Shown here: positions 19,261 to 29,164 of the stretch, one piece after another
Position numbering within the stretch: the stretch's first letter is position 1
How the letters are laid out: every line of letters begins with the position of its first letter
NCBI GenBank assembly: GCA_037134875.1
Contig: JBAXLH010000002.1
Coordinates: 27,719-91,718, forward strand
Source of the DNA: a bacterium
GTDB taxonomy: Bacteria; Patescibacteriota; Minisyncoccia; Phycocordibacterales; DATDWN01
Reading direction: 5' to 3'
DNA: 64,000 bases
Program-made: the position numbers and the translations under genes
The notes under the pieces: model-generated
Database searches by the model: none
Seen by the model: the letters and a program-made list of their open reading frames with translations, nothing else
Told to the model about the DNA's origin: nothing

Positions 19261-20115
19261 ATGAAAATTGAGACTTTGCGAAAAAAAGATTTTCCGCCAC
19301 TCCTCAAGGAAATAAATGATCCGCCAGCAGAAATGCGGATTGTCGGCTCACTGCCCGAGACAGAAAAATATCTCTGTGTTGTCGGCTCGCGAAAATATAG
19401 CGAGTATGGAAAGTCTGTCTGTGAAAAACTCATCGCGGGTCTCGCTGGATATCCCATTACCATAGTCTCTGGCCTCGCACTCGGAATGGATGCGATTGCC
19501 CACCGGTCGGCGCTCTCTGCCGGACTACCGACTATTGCGGTGCCTGGCTCTGGACTTTCCGAAAAAGTTTTGTACCCGAGCACCAACCACGGACTCGCCA
19601 GAGAAATCGTGGAGGAAGGCGGAGCACTCCTCTCCGAGTTTGACGACAATTTCATTGCCACCCCGTGGAGTTTTCCTCAGCGCAACAGAATAATGGCCGG
19701 AATGTCCCACGCGACACTCGTCATCGAGGCCGAGCTCAAGTCCGGCACACTCATCACATCAAAATATGCAATCGAGTACAATCGCGATGTATTTACAATC
19801 CCCCACTCAATCTTTTCCAAAACCAGTGAAGGACCTCATATGCTCCTGCGACTCGGTGCGACACCTATCACAGACAGTGCCGATATTGTTGCAGGGCTCG
19901 GACTCAAGCCAATCGAAAATTTATTTGAAAAAAGAGACTATTCGGACTGTTCCAACGACGAGCTCGAGATTATTGATATGCTATCGGAACCTCTCTCGCG
20001 CGACGAAATAATTCGCCGACTGGAAAAGCCAATTTTTGTCACACAAACAATACTTGCGACCCTCGAGATCAAAGGTCTCATCGGCGAACATATGGGAGAA
20101 ATTCATCTCGCCTGA
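19261..20115 (+). CDS. dprA: DNA-processing protein DprA
   Basis: VVGSR, IVSGLALGMD, FPQRNRI, SGTLIT. Confidence 0.96.
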   Translation: MKIETLRKKDFPPLLKEINDPPAEMRIVGSLPETEKYLCVVGSRKYSEYGKSVCEKLIAGLAGYPITIVSGLALGMDAIAHRSALSAGLPTIAVPGSGLSEKVLYPSTNHGLAREIVEEGGALLSEFDDNFIATPWSFPQRNRIMAGMSHATLVIEAELKSGTLITSKYAIEYNRDVFTIPHSIFSKTSEGPHMLLRLGATPITDSADIVAGLGLKPIENLFEKRDYSDCSNDELEIIDMLSEPLSRDEIIRRLEKPIFVTQTILATLEIKGLIGEHMGEIHLA

Positions 20116-20176
20116 TTATTGTATAAAAAAACGCCAGACAGATTTCTCTGCTGGCGGATATTATACTGGTCTAAAA

Positions 20177-20809
20177 TTAATCCGGGCGAACGTACTCGAT
20201 GATGCCGGACAGGAGAACCTGCTCAGCCTCACCGAGGGTCTTCCCTTTGTACGTATCCCAACGAGGCACCCATCGTGCCTCAGTAAATGGTACGTACAGC
20301 CGATCGTCCATTTTGACAATCGTCCTCGAGAGAGATTGACTCATCCTCTCGACGAGGTCAAAAGAATACTTCCCACCAAGAAGGTTATACATGAGGCGGG
20401 TCAGAAGATCCTGCATCTCACCCACGGTCCCGGTGTGGACCCCCGACACAAACTCTTCCGAAGTGGTAAAAATGAAAGAATTGGAAGTCATAATAGCTCC
20501 CTTTTTCCACTCTTCGGTAGGGTTACTAGCTATGACATGATTACGACGACCCAGAGCCCATTGGAGGTGGGTCATGGTCGTCATAATAATCACCTTATTT
20601 TTTTCATTAGCAACGAGAAGTTTGCCAAACTTGCGAAGTTCGACACGCATCGCCTTATACAACTTGCGGTCACGACGAGCCTTGGCTCTATCGCACCACT
20701 TGAAAAAACGAGCAAGCGTGGAATACGCCCCCGCTATAATATTGATCATCGCCGAAATGATGACAATAACCAAAATACCGACAAAAAACGCTTCTTCCGT
20801 CTTTGACAT
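20177..20809 (-). CDS. hypothetical membrane-anchored protein
   Basis: 210-aa ORF, GAGGAG before the start, TTGACA promoter upstream. Confidence 0.65.
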   Translation of the reverse strand: MSKTEEAFFVGILVIVIISAMINIIAGAYSTLARFFKWCDRAKARRDRKLYKAMRVELRKFGKLLVANEKNKVIIMTTMTHLQWALGRRNHVIASNPTEEWKKGAIMTSNSFIFTTSEEFVSGVHTGTVGEMQDLLTRLMYNLLGGKYSFDLVERMSQSLSRTIVKMDDRLYVPFTEARWVPRWDTYKGKTLGEAEQVLLSGIIEYVRPD

Positions 20810-20919
20810 CTTGACTCCTCATCCTATCATCCTCATTCTCCGACCTCAGTTTGGGGCCGTGACGGGTGATGGATTCTGGCACAATTTATATATCAAAATA
20901 TAGATATTGTCAACCTATT

Positions 20920-21849
20920 TTAATTCCAGCAGATTTCAGCTTTTTCGCCGAGTTTGTTGGTAAGATATTTTTCTGCATCAGTCACATCCCCGATACCGTC
21001 GATAAGTCCGGCTTTTTGTGCCTGCACACCGAGCATTGATGATCCGTCGGCAAGCGAGCGAACTTTTGTCAGAGGCAAATGTCTGTTTGTAGAAACCGCC
21101 TGCACAAAATTGTCCAAAATAATATTGAGGTCTCGCATATACAAATCCTTTTCTTCTTGGGTCAGCACGCGATCTGGATTACCCATTTCTTTGTATTTGC
21201 CGACAAACAAATCTACATAAGTCAAACCTGCTTTTTTATTTTTTTCCACATCGCTCAGATATGATGCTGTCACACCAATACTACCAACATCAGAATTTTT
21301 TGAAGCAAAAATATATTTTGCACCAGTCGATGCCCAGTACGCAGCCGATGCACCCTGCTGACGGATCACTGCGACTGTTTCCTTTGGCGAATTTTTCAGC
21401 GCATTTGCGATCTCCTCGCCAGCGACCGATGAACCTCCTCCAGAATCAACTTCGAGCAAAATTGCTTTTATATTTTCTTTGTCATTTGCTTGTCTAATAT
21501 ACGAGAGAACTGTATCTGCCGAAGCAGTACTGTTATCACCAGAGAGTGCGTAGGTGTCGAGATATCCGTGCATATTTATTCCCACCACATTGCATTGCGA
21601 ATCATCCCACGATGAAGTAGTGCTGTCGGACGACGAATAATCGCTCGAGCCAGATGAACTGCCCGAAGAATCCGCACTCATACGTCCAGAAAATAATGAT
21701 TTGAGTTTAGAGCCATAGCTGTCGTACATTGCATAGCTGAATGCATTGAGCAACACAAAAATAATAATCAGAGCAAGCGCAGAAAACACACGCGAATAAT
21801 ATACTTTACAAAAATTTTTAAAACATTCTAAAAATTGAGACATATTCAT
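20920..21849 (-). CDS. sppA: signal peptide peptidase SppA (S49)
   Basis: DSGGG, ASAAYW, VGSIGV, GKYKE. Confidence 0.93.
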   Translation of the reverse strand: MNMSQFLECFKNFCKVYYSRVFSALALIIIFVLLNAFSYAMYDSYGSKLKSLFSGRMSADSSGSSSGSSDYSSSDSTTSSWDDSQCNVVGINMHGYLDTYALSGDNSTASADTVLSYIRQANDKENIKAILLEVDSGGGSSVAGEEIANALKNSPKETVAVIRQQGASAAYWASTGAKYIFASKNSDVGSIGVTASYLSDVEKNKKAGLTYVDLFVGKYKEMGNPDRVLTQEEKDLYMRDLNIILDNFVQAVSTNRHLPLTKVRSLADGSSMLGVQAQKAGLIDGIGDVTDAEKYLTNKLGEKAEICWN

Positions 21850-21922
21850 AGGATAAGTATACACTATGTCAATCTTTGATAAAATGCACAATCGGCATAT
21901 ACTGAAATAAGAGGTCAAAACA

Positions 21923-22540
21923 ATGGACCAGATTGGAGAAAGGCGCTTTCAAAATATCCCGGGCGATCCGGACAAAATTTACGAGTTGCCACCACTCATT
22001 ATGGCCGGTGAAGTGACCGAACAAATGTCCGGCGAAAAAGTGATTGATATTGTCGAGAATGATGGTCTCATAGAATTACCAGAGTCCATCGTACCCGACG
22101 AAAATAGTATGCGCGCAGTCGAGATGGCACGCATCGACCTTGCGCACAACTTGACGGAACAATACAAAAAGCTCATTGCCGACTGGTACCTCGGAGAATT
22201 TATTCTCGAGTGGATTCGTCAGTGTGAGACTACATTTATGTATTCGACTGTATTGCGCACTCTCATTCCGCCAAACCTGTGGCCGAGAGCCGACCGAGTC
22301 AAAATCGCGACTCTGCTCACGGATAAAAGTATTTGCGAGGAAGAAGATCTCCGTCAGGCGATCGGGATGCGACTGTCATTTCGCAAACTTCCGCCCGTCG
22401 AAGTTTTCTCCGACCATTTTCTTTTTTACATCGCGCCGGTCGTGCTCGACACCGCGTACAACACATGGATCGAGCGCTCGCCATCACGCGCCGTCGCGCT
22501 ACCGCCGGAACGTTTTCATTTCGAAGTTCTTGTAATGTGA
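21923..22540 (+). CDS. hypothetical protein
   Basis: 205-aa ORF with GAGG RBS and a downstream terminator (22575-22602). Confidence 0.7.
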   Translation: MDQIGERRFQNIPGDPDKIYELPPLIMAGEVTEQMSGEKVIDIVENDGLIELPESIVPDENSMRAVEMARIDLAHNLTEQYKKLIADWYLGEFILEWIRQCETTFMYSTVLRTLIPPNLWPRADRVKIATLLTDKSICEEEDLRQAIGMRLSFRKLPPVEVFSDHFLFYIAPVVLDTAYNTWIERSPSRAVALPPERFHFEVLVM

Positions 22541-22640
22541 CGGACATAGCGTCTGCCACGATGTATACCACAGCGACCCTTGCACAGGGTCGTTGTTTTT
22601 TTATTTTTGCGCAGATGGGCACATGAGCCGACGGCGTATC

Positions 22641-23039
22641 TTATCTATTCAAATATGTGACAGTGAGTTGCAAGACTGTTGCAAAGCACACCCAGAGGAG
22701 GTACGGAATGTTGGCGAGAGCAATCCAGCGAGCACTCGGCCAGATAGCGAGCATTGCCCAGACGAGTGTCCCGAGCACGAGCAAAATATCCACCGCAGCA
22801 AGCATATTATTTTTCAAACCAAACTGAATCGTCGTAAACGAAAAATTGAATACGAGATTGAGCACAAACGGGAGTGCGACTGTCCACGGTATCTCTCCTT
22901 TTACAAGACGATAGAACACCGTGCCAAATGTGCCAGCAATAATAATATACAAAACCGTCCACACCGGACCAAACAGCCAGCTCGGCGGTGCCCATGATGG
23001 TTTTGTAAGTGTCGAATACCAATTGTATGAGTTGTTCAT
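22641..23039 (-). CDS. tspO: TspO/MBR tryptophan-rich sensory protein
   Basis: WYSTLTKPSWAPPSWLFGPVWTVLY, PYLLWVCFA. Confidence 0.95.
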   Translation of the reverse strand: MNNSYNWYSTLTKPSWAPPSWLFGPVWTVLYIIIAGTFGTVFYRLVKGEIPWTVALPFVLNLVFNFSFTTIQFGLKNNMLAAVDILLVLGTLVWAMLAIWPSARWIALANIPYLLWVCFATVLQLTVTYLNR

Positions 23040-23680
23040 ATATATAGTATAGCAGATTTATCCACCCAGAGCGCCTCGGTATCTGTGAGAGCTGTGACAG
23101 AATACGAAACTTTTTTTTGAAACTCGGCAACTTCGCCGGAAAGTTCTGCACGAAAATGCGGAAAAATAGAAATATCTGTGAGACTGAATCCAGAAAGATT
23201 TTGGAGATTTACATCATTTGGATCGCCCTCGCTCCCCCATCCGGCAATTTCAATACTTGGACCTGCAATAATACTGCCCGCGCTGACACCCACATAGAGC
23301 GCACCGTGCTCGCACACTGCAGACTCTATATATGTATCGATACCAGTTTTTTTCATTCGCTCCAATATTGCAAATGTGTTTCCTCCGCAGACATATACGA
23401 CATCGTATTTTTTATCACTCGAATCATCCGCCGACTCGGCAAAGGCAAATTTTTCTTCTGTCAGATTAAAAACTGTCACAGAGAGACCAAGGTCAGTGAG
23501 CTCCTGCACCGATTCGTCCACATATCCCTGCTCGTGTGCATTTTGTGCGTACGCTACAATGAGTGCTGTTGCATCGGAAAGCGATTTTCCCTGCCCCACC
23601 ATTTTCTCCACAACCTTCCGCACAAAAAATTCTTGAATTTCTTTGGTGGATAGTCCTGTTGATGTGAGAAGGAGGGTCAT
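23036..23680 (-). CDS. peptidase E family (S51)
   Basis: VCGGNT, YVGVSAGS, IFPH. Confidence 0.92.
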   Translation of the reverse strand: MTLLLTSTGLSTKEIQEFFVRKVVEKMVGQGKSLSDATALIVAYAQNAHEQGYVDESVQELTDLGLSVTVFNLTEEKFAFAESADDSSDKKYDVVYVCGGNTFAILERMKKTGIDTYIESAVCEHGALYVGVSAGSIIAGPSIEIAGWGSEGDPNDVNLQNLSGFSLTDISIFPHFRAELSGEVAEFQKKVSYSVTALTDTEALWVDKSAILYI

Positions 23681-24750
23681 TTTTTATCACAGATAACATA
23701 ATGTAAATATTCGACTGTTTTGTTTGCTGTATAGTTTCTATTTTCTGATTTATCAGCTTTGAAACGATTATATTCTTTTGTAAAAAATCCATACTTACCA
23801 CGTGAACTCATTATTTCCTTAATATCATTTAAATTCATCAAACCTTCATTGTTATAACTTAAAAAAATATACTTTGCATTTGCTTTAGAAATTAAATCCT
23901 TGAAAGCTTTTTTGACCTGCACTCGTGAACAATAAAGTGACTTCTGATTTTCATAATCACGAAGACCTGTTTTTCCATGAATCTTAGGTTTGTCATATTT
24001 GGCAATAGTTTCCAAAATATGATAATTGGTAGCATATTGACGTTGATTGTATGGTGGATCTAAATACAAAATATCCCCTTCAACCCTTTTTACAACTTCA
24101 TTTATATCCTCATTAAAAACTTCATGTTCATGATCATTAATAATTAAATTTGCAGGTTTTAAAATCAAATTATTTTGTGCAGATTTTTTTAATTTTTTTA
24201 GAAAAGCACCATAGACTGAGGCAGTATTTGCATATTTGTCTATAGACTCAACCAGACTAGTAACTAAAAAATAATATTCATCATCTGAAATTAAATTTTG
24301 ACTTTTCCATTTTTCAATCTCTTGACGAATGGCGTCACATCGCATACCATTTTCATCAGAAAAATACTGACGTGTTTCTTTTTCTCCCTCGGTCCCTCCA
24401 AGGCAATAGTTTTTATAAATAAAACCTTTTATACCCTTCAAATCTGATAAATAATTACAAACAAAGTTTTTCCTATTTTTTATTTCAATTTTACTTAAAT
24501 CTGGAATTTCTTTTGTTAGTTTCGAAAATATTAATTCTTTATGATTTCCTATATAGTGTCTATTTAAGACATAACTATAGTATTGAATGTCATTTGCAAT
24601 CACTTTGAAACCTTTTTTTTTAAAATAACTACCCACAGCACCAGTACCAGCAAATAAATCACAAAAAGTATTGCAATTTTTATCAACCACTTTATTTATA
24701 GAATTTTCCAAAAATTCTAGTAATGATAGTTTGCTACCGATATAATTCAT
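23677..24750 (-). CDS. adenine-specific DNA methyltransferase (D12 class, M.NlaIII-like start)
   Basis: MNYIGSK, DLFAGTGAVG, YLDPPYN, LSYNNEG. Confidence 0.93.
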   Translation of the reverse strand: MNYIGSKLSLLEFLENSINKVVDKNCNTFCDLFAGTGAVGSYFKKKGFKVIANDIQYYSYVLNRHYIGNHKELIFSKLTKEIPDLSKIEIKNRKNFVCNYLSDLKGIKGFIYKNYCLGGTEGEKETRQYFSDENGMRCDAIRQEIEKWKSQNLISDDEYYFLVTSLVESIDKYANTASVYGAFLKKLKKSAQNNLILKPANLIINDHEHEVFNEDINEVVKRVEGDILYLDPPYNQRQYATNYHILETIAKYDKPKIHGKTGLRDYENQKSLYCSRVQVKKAFKDLISKANAKYIFLSYNNEGLMNLNDIKEIMSSRGKYGFFTKEYNRFKADKSENRNYTANKTVEYLHYVICDKK

Positions 24751-24754
24751 GATT

Positions 24755-25654
24755 TTAGTTGTGTAATAATATTACAAAACAAGGCACTTTATAATTTTTT
24801 TCACCAAGATTTCTGTGTTTATAAGAAAAATTAATTTCAATCGGATTATTTAGATCTGTTTTATTTATAATCTCCCTAATTTTATCAATCGAGACATCTT
24901 CATCAATATATACAACCAATAATCGAGGGTCTGCACCAAATCTACCCTCATCTTGATATTTATAAAGGTATTCCGCAACAAGTTCTGGTTTCTTAATAGC
25001 TATTTCACGCCAGTTATCTTTGAAATGTCTCTTGAATTCATTTGTAGGACTTTTTGAAACTTTTTGATCAAACGAAATTCCGTTAATAAAAAAATCTACG
25101 CCACGTCTATGATTCAGAGTTGGTAAAATATTATCGTTTTTTTCAAAAATCAATGTCTCGATAAAGTCATTTCTTACAGTATTAATTTCTTTTATTCGTC
25201 TATATTTAACAGCTGCAATTTTGACTTTTTCATCCTTAATAAATCCATTTCCTTTCTCAGAATTCACTCTTTGGACAAACTCATCAAAAGCACCTTGGGA
25301 AAATGGCCACGCAATATCTCCTAATTTTAGAGATTTCCATTCCTTAATAAGCAAATCCATTGCATTATCAGCCTCTTTCCCACTTTTATATTTTTCAGTT
25401 CCTTTAAAAATATCTCTGATAATTTTCTTACTTTCATCATATGACCAACTGTCCACAATAATTTTCCAAAGTTCTTTTGTATTAATACTTAAGACCTTTT
25501 TACCTATGTTTTTTCCGCGAGTTATTGTTTTAAATTTCAAAGAAGAAATTGTTTTTATACTATTTAAACGCAACAAATATTCTGTGGCCTTTTCTTGATT
25601 ACCAATAATTTTCTGTGCCAAATCATCAGATAACTTTGATTTAATATATTCCAT
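24755..25654 (-). CDS. putative restriction endonuclease
   Basis: Lies between two methyltransferases, low GC, VD..DQK PD-(D/E)xK-like motif. Confidence 0.6.
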   Translation of the reverse strand: MEYIKSKLSDDLAQKIIGNQEKATEYLLRLNSIKTISSLKFKTITRGKNIGKKVLSINTKELWKIIVDSWSYDESKKIIRDIFKGTEKYKSGKEADNAMDLLIKEWKSLKLGDIAWPFSQGAFDEFVQRVNSEKGNGFIKDEKVKIAAVKYRRIKEINTVRNDFIETLIFEKNDNILPTLNHRRGVDFFINGISFDQKVSKSPTNEFKRHFKDNWREIAIKKPELVAEYLYKYQDEGRFGADPRLLVVYIDEDVSIDKIREIINKTDLNNPIEINFSYKHRNLGEKNYKVPCFVILLHN

Positions 25655-25656
25655 AA

Positions 25657-26439
25657 CTATTTTTTAAAAATTAATATATATTCATGCTTAAAAATATAAT
25701 AATCACTCGATAATGCTCTATATCTCCAAATTCCTTCTTTGTTTTGTTTAGCACGATTTCCCTCCATATTCTTTATAATTATACTCTTTAAAATCAATCC
25801 TTGCTTTTGAATCTCATTCATACAATAAAAACCAAGAGGAATCCACTGACCCTTGGAATATTTATCCCCAATAACTACTGCTAAATATCCTTCTTTTCCC
25901 AGAATTTCTACTGTATTTTTAACCACCGCTGAAAATTTTTCTAGAAAATCTTTCAGTGATTTTGTATTTGATAAATCTTCCTTTTTATCACTAAATTTAA
26001 TAATATCAGCGTATGGAGGATGTAAAATTGCAAGATTTATGTTATTTTTTTTTCTATCTTTTAAAATTTGTTTGATTTTTTCTAATGTCTTCTGACTACC
26101 ACTATCTGAAACCAAAAGCTCTGAGAAATATTTTTTATTGTCGACTTTATCTTTTACATGCTGAATAAGACTCGACTGTATATCAACACCTATAAAATGA
26201 CGTTCTAAACTTTCTGCTTCATAAGCAGTTGTTCCACTTCCAACAAATGGATCAAAAACAACATCGCCTTTTTTTGTATATCTCAAAATCAACTGATGTG
26301 GTATCTGAGGAACAAAATTACCATGATAGAATCCGTCATGTTTTCCACTCTTATCTCTTCCAGAAATAATCCATAGGCTATCTGTCCAAATCTCAGATTC
26401 TTTCCAATTATTTATATCTAAATCGTTAAAATTTGGCAT
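25657..26439 (-). CDS. amino (N4-C/N6-A) DNA methyltransferase
   Basis: HGNFVPQIP, DPFVGSGTT, HPPY, HEYILIF. Confidence 0.9.
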   Translation of the reverse strand: MPNFNDLDINNWKESEIWTDSLWIISGRDKSGKHDGFYHGNFVPQIPHQLILRYTKKGDVVFDPFVGSGTTAYEAESLERHFIGVDIQSSLIQHVKDKVDNKKYFSELLVSDSGSQKTLEKIKQILKDRKKNNINLAILHPPYADIIKFSDKKEDLSNTKSLKDFLEKFSAVVKNTVEILGKEGYLAVVIGDKYSKGQWIPLGFYCMNEIQKQGLILKSIIIKNMEGNRAKQNKEGIWRYRALSSDYYIFKHEYILIFKK

Positions 26440-26527
26440 ATTATTTGGTCGCTATATTTTACCAAAAAATTAACACCCTTGATAGGGACTCTGAAAACAA
26501 AAGAAAAAGACTTCCCCCGGGGAAGTC

Positions 26528-27700
26528 TTATTGAATCAGATGATTGGCCAGGCGGGTTAGTTCACTCACCCGGTCATCATTTACATAGTCGGGGTCCAAA
26601 TATATGTTGAAGCGGTACACCGGTTTCGGGTCGCTTTCGTCAAATGTAATATGGCCCGTCTCACTCACAAATGGGAGCTCGATCCTGCGCACATCCCGAC
26701 CCTTGCCGGCATAACAACAAACCACGCTGGTCGGAATCGCGAGTTGCTCGCTCATATAGTCGGCAACCAAACTCCGCGCGTCGTTTTGTCTCAAAAGACG
26801 AGTCAGTCCCGCCGGCGGTTCAGTCGTCTTGAGCGAGTACACCAATGGGTACCACTCGTTTGCCATCGCTCGCCTGACGAGATGAGCAGAAAGATAATTT
26901 GAGCGAAAAAGAAAATCGACTGCTTCTGTATCCGACAAGTGAAAGAAATCTTCGTTGATCTCTCCACGTTCCTGTGCCAGATACAGAGCGCGATATATCA
27001 TTGAGGCAGAATTGAGATCGTACTCGCCGTAGATCTTTTCATATACGTGAGCTCTCGCCGTCTGCCATTTTTGAGTCTCTTCTATGCACTCGGCACAGAG
27101 AAACCATTTATCATTTATTTGCGGATCTGAAAAAGTGATGAGTCCAAAGCGAGAAGCAATGGATTCCGCATCAAAGAGTATTTCTCCGTACGAGCGCGCA
27201 AACCAGTAGCGCCCGACGTTATCGAGATTGTCCACATCCATACTGCCGTTGAGAATATCGGAAAATGGTTTCCTATTTCCCGTCACGATTTTGACAACTT
27301 GCTCTGGGTCAATCCCTAGCCGGTCAAACATATGAGTAACAGCAAACCGCGAAATGGTTTCTTCCAAAAAAGATTCGCCATCTTTGCCGGTCTGCTTTTT
27401 CAAAAATGTTTCGCCCAAATGTGAAAGAGCTGGGTTGCCAGCGTCATGCAAAAGTGCCGAGACGAGTAGTAGTGTCTCGTATTGTTTCGATGTCTCGCGA
27501 TTGGTACGCAGGGCATAGTCCATAAGGTGACAGACGCCGACGCAATGTTGAAATCGCGACGGAATCGGCCACGGCACCATACTCTGTGGCAAAACGCCCT
27601 GAGAAATATCTCTCAGACGTTGCATAATAGGTGTCGCCATTATGTCGCCGATGTAATCCGGCAACTCAATGGGACCATATAATTTGTCGTCGTACTTCAC
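26528..27700 (-). CDS. HD-domain phosphohydrolase (dNTPase/SAMHD1-like family)
   Basis: MQRLRDISQ, SRFQH, ALLHDAG..SHLGE, DVDNLD. Confidence 0.85.
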   Translation of the reverse strand: MKYDDKLYGPIELPDYIGDIMATPIMQRLRDISQGVLPQSMVPWPIPSRFQHCVGVCHLMDYALRTNRETSKQYETLLLVSALLHDAGNPALSHLGETFLKKQTGKDGESFLEETISRFAVTHMFDRLGIDPEQVVKIVTGNRKPFSDILNGSMDVDNLDNVGRYWFARSYGEILFDAESIASRFGLITFSDPQINDKWFLCAECIEETQKWQTARAHVYEKIYGEYDLNSASMIYRALYLAQERGEINEDFFHLSDTEAVDFLFRSNYLSAHLVRRAMANEWYPLVYSLKTTEPPAGLTRLLRQNDARSLVADYMSEQLAIPTSVVCCYAGKGRDVRRIELPFVSETGHITFDESDPKPVYRFNIYLDPDYVNDDRVSELTRLANHLIQ

Positions 27701-27764
27701 GTTTGGTTCCCTTTCCAGTCAGAATACTGCGATATTTCCGGCAAAAAAGCAATGCCGCGCAAAG

Positions 27765-28142
27765 TTATTTTGTCACACAGTCAGAAATAGTCGTTGTGCC
27801 GTTTTGCTCCACAAATGCTGTGTTGCCTTTGTTCCAAAATACAAATGACTCATCCGCGTTGGCATAGCGAGCACCGGACGCGGAGATAGTTTGAGTCAAA
27901 TAGATTTCTGATACGCCGGGCAATTGCAGTCTCACAGCTCGAGGATAAAAGTCTGCAGAAATAATCCGACTGACTCCCCCGCCGAGACCACAGACAAAGC
28001 GTGCTTCGGTTACCCTCTCGCCCAATATCATTTCTCTTTCAAGTTTTTTACCAACAGTTAGTCCGACAAAAAATACTGCAACAAAAAGAATAATTGCGAC
28101 CACTTGCGAAAACCACGTAACCTTGTTCCAAATTATTTTCAT
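27765..28142 (-). CDS. MliC-family lysozyme inhibitor domain protein
   Basis: LTQTISASGARY..FWNKGNTA. Confidence 0.88.
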   Translation of the reverse strand: MKIIWNKVTWFSQVVAIILFVAVFFVGLTVGKKLEREMILGERVTEARFVCGLGGGVSRIISADFYPRAVRLQLPGVSEIYLTQTISASGARYANADESFVFWNKGNTAFVEQNGTTTISDCVTK

Positions 28143-28156
28143 AGATTTTTAATTTA

Positions 28157-29137
28157 TTACTTTAATAATTGTAAAATAAGTTTAATTATTTTTTCTTTGT
28201 CTTTTGGATTACTTTCAGCAACAAGAATAGTCAGTGCAGTCAAAGCAGGAGGAGTCATTTTGGTAGTATTCAATAATTTAGATTGTTTTAAAAACCATAC
28301 AAAAGCATATGCGCCACTACGTTTATTACCATCTACAAACGGGTGATTCTTTACCATAAAATACAAAAGATGTGCCGCTTTTTCTTCTACGGTTTCGTAT
28401 AGTTCTTTTCCCGCAAATGACTGCATCACGTTGCCAACAATACCAGCAATGGTTCCCTCATTTCGTTCCATACCAAATATGTCCGTAGCTTCATCTTTTT
28501 CAATCAGAACATTTTTGAGCTCAACCAAACTTTTTGAAAGTTTATCGGCTGTGAGACTAACACTTTTTCTGGTAGCTCCTTTTGTTACTAACACATCTCT
28601 ATCATATGCATCAAGTGATAGCCAAGTATCAGCAAACATATGTATAAGCTCGATAACACTCTCTGTATCAATGTGTGCTCCAGATGGCAGAAGCTTTTTG
28701 ATAGTACTTATTGCTTCCAAAAATTGCTCGTAATTCTGAGTAATTCGTTTTTTATTTATTGTATAACCATCAACAATATGCCCTCGAAGAGTTTTTGTTG
28801 CCCATTGACGAAACTGGGTAGCTTTTTTGCTATTTACTCGGTAGCCAACTGACAATATCATATCCAAATTATAGTGATTGATTTCACGTTCTATTTTTCT
28901 TTCACCTTCTTTTTGAACTATCCGGAATTTCCGGATAGTTGAACTCTCAAATAATTCCTTTGTTTTATATATATTTTTTATGTGTTCGTTAATTGTTCGA
29001 ACATCAACATCAAATGCAGAAGCTATTTGTGCTTGTGTAGCCCAAACTGTGTCTCGTGAAAAATCACCTCGGAGCTCGATCGCCCCGTTTTTTGCTTGAT
29101 ATATCACGACTGAATTTTTTGATATTTCCTTTTTCAT
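28157..29137 (-). CDS. RhuM/Fic-domain protein
   Basis: SVGYRVNS..FRQWA (RhuM) plus HPFVDGNKR (Fic). Confidence 0.93.
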   Translation of the reverse strand: MKKEISKNSVVIYQAKNGAIELRGDFSRDTVWATQAQIASAFDVDVRTINEHIKNIYKTKELFESSTIRKFRIVQKEGERKIEREINHYNLDMILSVGYRVNSKKATQFRQWATKTLRGHIVDGYTINKKRITQNYEQFLEAISTIKKLLPSGAHIDTESVIELIHMFADTWLSLDAYDRDVLVTKGATRKSVSLTADKLSKSLVELKNVLIEKDEATDIFGMERNEGTIAGIVGNVMQSFAGKELYETVEEKAAHLLYFMVKNHPFVDGNKRSGAYAFVWFLKQSKLLNTTKMTPPALTALTILVAESNPKDKEKIIKLILQLLK

Positions 29138-29164
29138 TATATTCAATCATATCACAAGACAAAT

